Program-made: the position numbers and the translations under genes
From: Antedon mediterranea
Lineage: Eukaryota; Animalia; Echinodermata
Direction: 5' to 3'
Length of the DNA: 64,000 nucleotides
Assembly (NCBI RefSeq): GCF_964355755.1
Contig: NC_092673.1
Span: forward strand, 20,395,648 to 20,459,647
Shown here: piece by piece, positions 38,938 to 49,647 of the stretch
Numbering within the stretch: position 1 is the stretch's first letter
Layout of the letters: each line of letters begins with the position of its first letter
Notes under the pieces: generated by a model
The model's input: only the letters and a program-made list of their open reading frames with translations
What the model was told of the DNA's origin: nothing
Databases searched by the model: none

Positions 38938-41900
38938 ATGCCGATACCGAGGCTTGCGATGTGCTTTCTACTCGGACTAATCTTATCGACAGACGGCAGG
39001 CCAACCTCCGCAATCAAAACTCTACAGCACCTTGACCAAGAATCGGACTCTGGAGACACCCTGGATATAAATACGATTGAAGTGACCGAATTCCAACGTA
39101 CACTGGCTACCGCGGCACATCGAAGTAAGCACATAACATTATGTCTAACGGAAACTTCTGACAGCAGTATAAAATCGTTTTCATCTAAACTGAAGTGTCT
39201 GCTAAAGAAAATTGGATCATGTTCAAAAGATCGAAAGGCTACCAAAACTCTAAGCATAAACGGTATCAAACCCTTAGCATCGTTCCAACAAACTAACACA
39301 CTAAAGCAAAACAACAACAAAAAATGTGAAGTTGTTTTAGACTTGATTCAATTGATAAAGAAGAGTATGTTTCTTTCAAGAGAAGGCGTTGTAGAGACAA
39401 TGACAACTGCGGAACATTTAGAACGACAAGCCATACGTGAACTCGATGTAGAAGACGCGATAATTAATAACAATACACGGGGATGCGTGCATAACTACGT
39501 AACCATTGATAACAAAGAAAACGTACAATCTAGAAATATTATTTCACGATCTAGAAGAAACATATTTAACATGAATGAACATAGTTTTCTGCTAAAAAAC
39601 ACTTCTAAAACAACACATGGAAATGTAAAAGATGAAAATCAAACAGAAATTAGAGGCATTGCAAGAGGTGTCAATAATGATCTATCAAATCCAAAAGTTG
39701 AGAGATCACGTCTCATGTTAACAGATCACCAAGATGCAGCGGATGCGCTACGAATTGGAATAAACGATGTTACACAATATGGGGCAAGATTGTCAGGGAG
39801 TGTTGTACAACGAAGGAAGGGGAAACAAGATATAATAACTTTAAAAGATAGAGTGACGAAACTTGGAGAATTCTCAAAACAATTTACTTATAACCACAAT
39901 TCAGATAGCATATCTGATTCAAGAGAATTCAACGACAGTTCCGAGTTGACACAAACTCCAAAATACATAACATTTCCAGAAAGAGTAGTGTATTATGTAG
40001 TTATAAACATTGACGAAGTTTATTCGATTTTAAGGGAAAACTACAGAATTTATGTGAGTACTTAACATGGTCTTTTTGTCTAAATAAGCGGCAAGTTCAC
40101 TTTAAACAAACTCCATATTTTTATTCTATAATAATAGTCCTAAAAATAATTGTTTTTGTTTAATGTTTTTGTTGAGTATGCCATTTTATTGTCACATAAT
40201 AATTATTCACATTAACCGAACATTGGATTAAAAACATAATTTACCTGAAATAAATGTAATATAAAGCAAAAAATAGTCAAATTTACTGGAAGTCAATGGA
40301 TTTTTGGTATAATTTGTCTTTTTATAAGCTTAGTGAAAACATTTGTTTTTCGACGGACGTGATTAACTTTATTAAAACTGCAAAATGGTCTATTATCAAA
40401 GTTATTATTATAGCCTACTCCATTTTCATGTATTTGGGGGACAATACAACTTCAAAAGAAATTACTGTACATTTGTTTTTAAACTAAGATTCGATAGATC
40501 CATTCTCATTTTAGAAAGTTACCGTAATCAACTCCGTTTTTCTACGTTCAACAAATTTAAAGTTTGCATATAATTTCACAAGAGTATTGCAGGGTATTAA
40601 CAGCAGTGTTTTCTATATACCACACCATGTCGGAAAGTTGGTAAAATCTTAATTTCCACAGACTTACACTTATGAGTAACTTTTTCAGAAAGAAATATCT
40701 AAAGAATGTACCATTTTCATTGAAATCTTTTATTTACATCAACCCAAATTATTTTTTATCAGATTTCTCAATAGTAACCTAAATTTGAACAGATTTAAGA
40801 GAATCTGTAACCATTGCTGTCTAAATCAACCAAACAACAGACCACAATCCGCTATTTTTAGAACTTATTTTTATTTTCAGCGTAGGAAATATTTTGGCAG
40901 TGGTAGGCTTGGCATAAAGTTGAAAAATAGAGGAACGTTCATACAGTGGCATCAAATAGGACCACATAGGTGGTGGTTCAAACCAGTAAGTAGTCCTCTA
41001 CATTCACTTAAGCAGAATTTAAACGATCGAACGAAGAGTGAGCTCTTCTATCCTTTAACACATGTCCATGACATAAATGAATTAATACCAAGAAGAAAAT
41101 AATTCGGATTGATACATATTAGATAATCGGGAATAATTATATGAACAATATCATTTGAATCATATAAATAAGGCCACAATGATGTTATTTGCGTGGTACA
41201 GATACGAAATGACCTCATGGGCCATAAATTGACAAATAACCGTTCCTTTTATGGTCATTGGTAAGTGTAAATTACTTTAGCTAAATCATAAAGCAATCAT
41301 GATAATATATCTACCTTTGATCAACCATAGGCCTAAGTCAAAAAACTATGTAAATAATAATAAACCTATTAACCGAAACATAACCTATGTTCAAAGTCTG
41401 CAGACGAAATGACGTGACGAAATTAGATTTCCTTTAGATTAAAACGGCGAGACGATAATACTGTTGATATGAACATGTCAGTTGTCATACGCGTTATACA
41501 TGTGGGAACCTCTATAATTACCATATTAATATTCTTTCATTGTCTAAAGCTAAAAACAGCACGCGGTTTGTTTTTAACTTATCAAAAATTATCAGCTATA
41601 ATTCGATTTCTAGAAATTCCTTTGTATTTATAATTTTGCAATTATTCATTAATACCGTAGGCAATAGACCTGCATAATTATTTCAAGGTACACCAGGGCT
41701 GAATAAATATGTATATAGCTTTGACAAAAAGTGGAGGCGAGGCTACTCAAAAGGTTAAAAAAAGTAAAATTAAAGAGGTTACCTTAGATATCGAACATTC
41801 TTAACGCTGAGCATTTTGTTCACAGGCCTAACATTTTTTGTAATGCTATGTAACGTTTTTTTTCCCCAAAAAATGTTTATTTGTTTGTTTCTACAGAGTA

Positions 41901-43253
41901 TACAAAGGTTATGCGATCACATGGATTATCTCAAAGCTTATGAAGTTCTAATTAACGGAATCCTGGGATTTGAAAAGCTACAATCAGATAACGAAAACGT
42001 ACTTTCTGGTTTAAACATTTTAAAAATATTTTGCGCCCGATTAAGACTCAGTATTTACTACATGGTAAGTGGAAACACCATCACGGCCACCAAATTATTT
42101 AGAAATAACAGTATTTCAACTAATTTTTTTCCAATATTATTATCATTGTACAGTATATTGAACGTTTATGTAAGCCTATACGTGATCGCTAAAAAAATAT
42201 CAAACATTACAGTAGGATAAGATATAGATAGTGCAAAAATGGGGCTTCAGCATTGCTGTCAAAATCCTTCCTGAAGCGTGGTTCCCACTAGCGACGCAAC
42301 GCAAGGAGGTAACGCAACGCAAGTGAATTGACCAATCACAAGCGATGGCTTATTCGCTTGTGATTGCTAACTGTCTATAAATTCGCTTGTCATTGGTTAA
42401 AACGCTTGGGTTGCGTTTACGTCCTTGCGTTACGTTCTAGTGGGAACCAAGCTTAAAGCGTGGTTCCCATTAGAACGCAACGCAGCGACGTATCGACGGA
42501 AATTGATGTATTGCGTAACCACCACAAGCGGGAACCGACGACGAAACATTGCTGCAAACATCGCAGGTTTGATTTCACGCAGGCGGGGGAAAACACAATT
42601 ATTAGAAGGGCATTTTCTTACGTTAACATTTTTTAAGCTGGTTGATCGATGTGTCACAGTGTTAAATGCTGCAATTATCATCAGCATGTATTTTCAAAAC
42701 AAGCGTACTTGAGCTTAGGAACGAACATTACTGAGCGCCGCCAGTCAAAAATTACGCAGCCCTCTAAAGCTTGGTTCCCACTAGCGAAGCAACGTAACGC
42801 AATCTACGCAACGTAAGCAAATGCCCTTCTAATAATTATGTTTGCCCCCGCCTGCATGAAATCAAACCTGCCATGTTTGCAGCATTATTGCGTCGTCGGT
42901 TCCCACTTGTGATTACACTTTACGTCGATACGTCGCTGCGCGTTGCGTTCTAGTGGGAACCACGCTTAAATATCAAAAGGCTTCCGCTTGTTTGTTGCAT
43001 TTTTAAATGAATTAATCTATACCCACACATAACATTCAAATGCACTACTCTATACTCACGAATAACATGATAATTTACTTTTTTTCAGATTAGAAAATAT
43101 ACAGAATCTGCCGGCGAGAGTGATGAAAGTATACGACAAAAATTAACGTCATTGGAAAATCGCTCCTTTCAACTTCATTCCATATTAGTACTACGCGAAC
43201 TTCGAGCGTATTTGCATAGATTAATACTTGAGATAGAACAATTAATTGAATAA
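38938..43253 (+). CDS. CYT3: 517-aa secreted precursor with a long N-terminal pro-region and a C-terminal helical cytokine-like domain, 4 coding exons
   Basis: Exons 38938-40053 (TAT|gtgagt), 40881-40985, 41897-42064, 43089-43253, all phase 0. Signal MPIPRLAMCFLLGLILSTDG; RSRR at aa 204-207. The 105-nt and 168-nt exons equal CYT1 exon sizes. SIQRLCDHMDYLKAY aligns with the paralogs; the last exon FQLHSILVLRELRAYLHRLILEIEQLIE* has a D-helix-like pattern. Confidence 0.8.
42274..42968. mobile_element. Tandem/nested MITE family 2 elements forming a long inverted repeat in CYT3 intron 3
   Basis: Element 42274-42453 is followed by 42456-42968, whose ends (~42456-42620 and ~42805-42968) are reverse complements. 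Confidence 0.85.
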
Positions 43254-43476
43254 TTAAATGATATCCCACTACTTCGATAGTCGAATGTGGAACATATAAA
43301 GAAAATCCAAATGACTTAAAACAACAATTAAAAAAAAGCCAAAGTAAACACGTAAAAGAACAAATATCAGACATTGTATGGCGTTATTTAATACACACCT
43401 ACATATTTTACCTGCAGTACACGGAATATATTTGAAAGCTGTTTATATTGACTATCAGTAGACACTTAGAGCAAAA

Positions 43477-43893
43477 GGGAAATTCCCTCAAAAATAGATT
43501 CGTTGTGTTAAGTATAATATACACGGTTAATTGATTTGCCTGACCTTTCATTCACAAAAATGCTGATATATTAAACGTTAAGGGGAGCATTAAACAAAAA
43601 GTGCTGAAATACAAATGAGTCTATTTCTTGATATTCTTGGAAAATATATACGCAATTCACTCACAAAACCAATGGTACTTGACAGTCTATAGACAAAAAC
43701 CAGATAATTCAAATGAAAATGGCCAGAAAATATATCAAACTTTTATTTGATAACTTAATGTTTCAGACTTGCAATTCTTAGTAGGTTTACTTTGTAACAG
43801 GTATTTAGCCAATTAATCACAGACGATAGTTTCGTGGATATGAAATATAAGTCTAATGAGGGTGGCGTGTTGGAGAGATGGGTGGTATATAAA
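43477..43893 (+). promoter_or_regulatory. CYT4 promoter: NF-kB site GGGAAATTCCC (43477-43487), STAT/GAS TTCTTGGAA (43634-43642), TATATAAA (43886-43893)
   Basis: Exact consensus matches within 500 nt upstream of the ATG at 43961. Confidence 0.6.
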
Positions 43894-43960
43894 AAGGTGT
43901 ACCGAAAGAGAAACGGTACATCTTGCTGGAGGATACACAAACCAACTGAAAATTATTATC

Positions 43961-46729
43961 ATGAGTGTAGTCGACATATTACAGGGTAAGTATTGGCTGT
44001 ATTCGTTATACCTTCTTTCAATAAATGTTCCTAGGTTGTAAATGCATACAATTTAGGGCTATGCTATATTTTAGTTAGCAGGTACAACAATGCGTTGTAC
44101 ATCCAAATTACTGAACTGAAAGGTTTGCCATTTATGTAATGGTGCAACAAAAATGATCAGGTAATGTTTTTATTATATGCTGTTTAGATTTTATTACTAT
44201 AGTTAGCACAGAAATAACTATTTCATTTTCAACATAAATGTTGTTATTTTTCCAAATGTTACATAGGTCAAAATCATGTGAAAAAAAAAGAAATTGATAA
44301 TTTTGAACGCATATGCACTGCAAATGTTTTGCATAAGTTTGTATTTATCAATTATCATATATAGGCCTATGTAATTTTAAAATGAACTCTTGTTCAAAGT
44401 TTAAAAGATTGAAAACATCGATTACTGATTAATACAGGGACAATTGTATCGTTTATTAGTTTAAATAAGATTACAAACCACCCACTGACGTCAATGCGTC
44501 CCTGGGTTTCCCCCAAAAAAGTATATATCTATAGTGATATATGATGTTTCCTTCATAAGGGCTTGCCTAATACATCTTTATTGCAGGCTGGTTCTTTCCA
44601 GGCGAGTCAAAACTTTCGTGTATTCGTTTACTACTATTTTATCAATATAGGTCTATTTTCCTTTTTCTTTGATGTAGGATTGTATTTCGTTCTTCTGGGG
44701 GCATTTTCTACGTCACCGAGTACTGATTTCTCATTTGCCGAGTATGACAAGATCTACCATTTAACGAACACATTGCAATGCCAAATAGTAAATGCAACTG
44801 ATGAGGTAAGAAGCCAGACCACAAGAGACAGACATTAATTTGACAGCACAGTCGCCGGCTGTATTTTCTTTTTAATGTTACTAACGATTTTAATTTTTTT
44901 GGACAGAAAAGCAAAAATATGTCTATTTATGAGAGTTTCATGTTATTTTTTTTTAGTTTCATATGAACTACACATCAAGGATACAAGCTAATGTTCGCAG
45001 GATTATCACACCCCTAGAGGATTGCCCACAGAACATATGCAACGATGTAAGTATTTTAATAATAATAGTACTTTTAGTGTCGTTTCATAAGTAAAGATGT
45101 TTTTTCCACAAAAGGGAATTTTTTTTCACAAACGGGGCCGGGCAAAAATCGTCATAAGCTAGGCTAGTTAAACATATCATTACCTTTGCTGCTAGTTTGA
45201 AAAGGGCACCTCGTAGAAAGGGGGTTCTAAAGGCTTAGCATCTATATCGAATTCAACCTCGATTAGGAATGACAACTTCAACACGTGGAACTGTTTTTTT
45301 TTTGTTTCAAAATACGTCTAAATGGATAATCCAAAACAGGAAAGAGAAAAATTACTTTTTACTCTTCCTTGATTCAAACATTTTAATTTTGTTGTTATTC
45401 TTTGCAGACCACGATCAATCGTATTATAAAACATAAAGATAGCTTAGGAGCCTACCGAGACACCCTAGAAAATATAACATTAGCCTACACGAGCACAAGG
45501 ATACCAGTTGCCGACAGTTTACAGGCCCTGAACGCTGTTATTCGTCATTTAAAAACAATTCTAGTAAGTTTAATAAGTTATTGTGGCATTTAATATAATA
45601 TCCTATTAATTATTTAGAGTACCGTTATATGAATGTTTATTGCGATTGTTTATCATGCAGCTAAATTAAATTTAATAAAACGTAGTTTTGTCGTGCGGTG
45701 AATAATAATTTTCTAGCTCCAAGTCGGTACCAGAAATAGTCTTTAATATGAATTTTTTTATTTTGTATGGCCATAATATATGAATGTTTGTATCGCAAAA
45801 AATCCACTACATATGTTGCGAAAAAGGCACTACAAGTGAAACTTTAATCGTGGATACCACCACCTAGCCTACCTTAAGATTCTAAGCCAATATTTTGTAA
45901 TTACCGTTTTTTTTACTCATTCTACTTATTTCATTTGACAGCGACGAGCTGGCGCATCGTCTACAACATACACACCTTCACCGCTATCCACGACACAGTC
46001 CACTGTGGTAAGTTATTATATCTATGTTCTGTGTTTTATTTTTTTATTTTATTTTATTCAATTTCCAGGTAACATACAAAAATCATAAACAAGGTACGGC
46101 ATCATTCAACAAAACAGAACAAAAGTACTATCAGCACCTGCGGGTAACCAAAAGTGGATCAGTTCAAAAGAACTGCACTGTCGAGTGGCTTTCCCAACTA
46201 ATAGTACGAAAAACGCAAAAGACATAAAAACACAGTGATAGTCTAGATGAATTCGATATCAGTAATACATTTTTTCAAATCCCTTCTAAACCCCCCCAAG
46301 TTAAACAGGACTTGTGTTGTATTAAAAAGCAAGAAGGAATCTTGTACGACGGTTTATCAGAAAGGTGACGACATGTTACCAAAATTAGTTTTAATAGTCC
46401 TTTCCATCCCTACAATTTTTATTTAGTGTTTCGTTGTGAAGATTTCTTCAAAATTTTGAAATTAAAACCATAAAATAAAATGAATTAATGATGATATTGA
46501 TATTTGAACATTTTAATTGCAGATTCAATATGTATCTGAGTATGGCTTTTCTAAACTTACGGATCTGTGGTTACGCGATGCAATCTTATACGAATTCTTT
46601 ATGTCTCTTTTACGCTATCAAAATGAAATAAACATTGACGTGATTCAGTTCAGCGGATGTAGACAGAGTTATCAATGCGGTTGTTCGGTTCTTGAGCTAT
46701 GCAGGCTAAATTACCAAAGCTGTGTATGA
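43961..46729 (+). CDS. CYT4: secreted helical cytokine-like protein with an extended C-D loop and Cys-rich tail, ~223-248 aa
   Basis: Exons 43961-43985 (phase 1), 44678-44805, 44957-45046, 45408-45563, 45942-46007, probable 46069-46143 (weak donor), 46523-46729; later introns are phase 0. Protein: MSVVDILQGLYFVLLGAFSTS (signal)...AEYDKIYHLTNTLQCQIVNATDE / FHMNYTSRIQANVRRIITPLEDCPQNICND / TTINRIIKHKDSLGAYRDTLENITL...SLQALNAVIRHLKTIL / RRAGASSTTYTPSPLSTTQSTV / ... / IQYVSEYGFSKLTDLWLRDAILYEFFMSLLRYQNEI...GCRQSYQCGCSVLELCRLNYQSCV*. Confidence 0.78.
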
Positions 46730-46799
46730 ATATTAATATAAAGGAACATCATCAAATTTTCTTTACACCGTTCAAACCCGTTTCGAGAACGATGGTGGC

Positions 46800-46910
46800 G
46801 GCTCTGACGCGTTTCAAGAAAGTTGATCTACGCTCTAATGCCTTTCAAGAAAGTGGCTGACGCTCTAACATGGTTAAATGGGTTGTTTGACGCTCTAACG
46901 CGTTTCAACC
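46800..46910. repeat. ~30-bp tandem repeat downstream of the CYT4 stop
   Basis: gacgctctaacgcgtttcaagaaagt variants, about four copies. Confidence 0.7.
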
Positions 46911-47282
46911 GGATATATGATGTACTTTTTCAAAATATAATGTTTTTTTTGGGGTGGGGGTTTCAGGGCAACGTGCAGTAACATCTGTCTTTTTCTTTCT
47001 AAAATTTTTCAGGTCATTCGATATATATATATATCCAATATCTAATATATTATGTTGTAAAAACGTAAACAAAAAGCATTCCATAATAAATGTAGTATGT
47101 AAGTTTAAGCAGAATACATTTTTGCTAAAATAAAAGTATTCAATTTATTGGCCTAATAAAGTAAAAACCAAATAAATAATGTCGAATGTGCCTGTTTTCT
47201 TATTTCACTGTAGACCTACCGTATTCCATTTGTACCAGAGTACTAATACGATTTATGACCAAGAAATAAATATAACGGAACA

Positions 47283-48207
47283 CTAAATGACATGACTTAC
47301 TTTAATAGACGTCTTTTGTTCGAAGTTGCCATGTAATGGCAACTCCACTGCTCTCTCTCTCTCCCCCAGTTAGTCTCTACAGATGTCTTTAAGGTATTGT
47401 AGACATTGAGACTTTTGCGGTATTGTAGACCTCTGAAGTTACTATGTAATGAAATCTCTACTGTTCTCTCTCCCTCTCCTCGACATCCGTCTCTACACAA
47501 CTTACTTTACAAGACGTCCTCTTGAGTTATGATGGACCCCCGAAGTTGTGTATATGATGGCATCTCCACTGCACTCAATCCCTCAGTCAGTCTCTACAGA
47601 TGTCTTTAAAACTAAATGACACAACTTTACTTTATTAGACGTCCTCTTGAGGTACTGTAGACCTCTGAAGTTGCCATGTAATGACATCTCAACTGCTCTT
47701 TCCCCCTACAACAGTCAGTCTCTGCAGATGTCTTTAAAACTGAATGACACAACTTACTGTATTAGACGTCCTTTTGAGGTATTGTAGATCTCTGAAGTTG
47801 CCATGTAATGACATCTCCACGGCTCTTTCCCCCTACAACAGCAGTCTCTATAGATGTCGTTAAAACTAAATGACACAACTTACTGACCTTCGAAGTTGTC
47901 ATGTAATGACATCTCCACTGCTCTCTCTCCCCTCCCCAGTCAGTCCCTACAGATGTCTTTAAAACTAAATGACACAACTTACTTTATTAGACATCCTTTT
48001 GAGGTATTGTACATCTCCAAAGGTACCATGTAATAGCATCTCCACTGCACTCAATCCCTCAGTCAGTCTCTACAGATGTCTTTAAAACTAAATGACACAA
48101 CTTACTTTATTAGACGTCCTTTTGAGGTATTGTAGATCTCCGAAGTTGCCATGTAATGTAATCTCCACTGTTTTCTATTGAAAGTTAGTCTATACAGATG
48201 TCTTTAA
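47283..48207. repeat. ~120-bp satellite, about 8 copies
   Basis: actaaatgacacaacttactttattagacgtcc...gaagttgccatgtaatgacatctccact...cagtctctacagatgtctttaaa repeated. Confidence 0.92.
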
Positions 48208-48449
48208 CGTTGTGTGTCGTATTACCTGGATATCGAAAGTTCCACTAATTAACAATAAGTACAGTACTCTTTCCTGGTATAATTCACACTATCATGATAG
48301 GACATAAATCATGTGTATTTTATTTCTATTATGAAAATCACAAAAACAATTCAAAAAGAGACATTGAACTTTTCATTTAGTTTTATTTATTAGTATCTGT
48401 ATATTATTAGCAACCATTATTCTTTGATAGATTTATATTATGATTTTAT

Positions 48450-49086
48450 TATGATTTGGTTATGATCGAGTATGATTTGGTTATGATTGAGTATGATTTG
48501 GTTATGATTGAGTATGATTTGGTTATGATCGAGTATGATTTGGTTATGATCGAGTATGATTTGGTTATGATCGAGTATGATTTGGTTATGATCGAGTATG
48601 ATTTGGTTATGATCGAGTATGATTTTGTTATGATCGAGTATGATTTGGTTATGATCGAGTATGATTTGGTTATGATCGAGTATGATTTGGTTATGATCGA
48701 GTATGATTTGGTTATGATCGAGTATGATTTGGTTATGATCGAGTATGATTTGGTTATGATCGAGTATGATTTGGTTATGATCGAGTATGATTTGGTTATG
48801 ATCGAGTATGATTTGGTTATGATCGAGTATGATTTGGTTATGATCGAGTATGATTTGGTTATGATTGAGTATGATTTGGTTATGATTGAGTATGATTTTG
48901 TTATGATCGAGTATGATTTGGTTATGATCGAGTATGATTTTGTTATGATCGAGTATGATTTTGTTATGATCGAGTATGATTTTGTTATGATTGAGTATGA
49001 TTTTGTTATGATTGAGTATGATTTTGTTATGATTGAGTATGATTTGGTTATGATCGAGTATGATTTTGTTATGATATAGTATGATT
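48450..49086. repeat. 21-bp minisatellite (tatgatttggttatgatcgag)n, about 30 copies
   Basis: Directly visible; it produces the artefactual (VMIEYDL)n ORF. Confidence 0.98.
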
Positions 49087-49647
49087 AGATGTGTGGCAAT
49101 TAGCTACATATACTTATTACCTACACTGTCTATTATTAATTGTTACATTTTATTTTTACATAGAACAATGCATACAAAAGTATGAAAATTTGTTTCATAT
49201 TTACATTAAAATAATAAAACCAGTATAAATCTGAAAGAAACATAATTTTAGTAATTGTATCAAAAGTTATAAATTGTGATATAACTATATATTAATAATA
49301 AAGTTATATGTTTATTTAGCAATGGCAAACAAGGTATTACTGATTATAATACTTGTACACATTTGAAATTAAAATTTATAAAACAAGTAAGCTAAAATAA
49401 ACATAATTCTAAGATCTGTTATAAAATTATTATATTAAAATACTGTAGTGTTTAATTTATATTGCTTTAAATTAAGAATTTTGTATTATTATTTTGTTTA
49501 ACTAATGTTCTTCAATTTCAGTTATATTGGTACCAATTTCTTTTTTATATAAGGAAATTTGAAAGAGCTTTTTTAAATGTAACACTTTGTATTTACTTGT
49601 TAATTCATAGAGCTATCTTTTTGTCATCTTTTACTATACAAGTTGTT

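Noticed and set aside
38925-39320. 131-aa antisense ORF
   Set aside because: Shadow of CYT3 exon 1.
42425-42712. Overlapping ORFs on both strands
   Set aside because: They lie within MITE family 2 copies and show no transposase motifs.
11558-46729. Neuropeptide precursor interpretation of the secreted genes (KR sites in CYT1, RSRR in CYT3)
   Set aside because: There are no repeated peptide cassettes, and the basic sites in CYT1 are not conserved in CYT2. Conservation follows long amphipathic helices and exon boundaries, favouring a folded helical domain.
48456-49079. 207-aa (VMIEYDL)n ORF; possible CRISPR-like array
   Set aside because: A 21-bp tandem repeat with no unique spacers; the open frame follows from the unit length being a multiple of 3.
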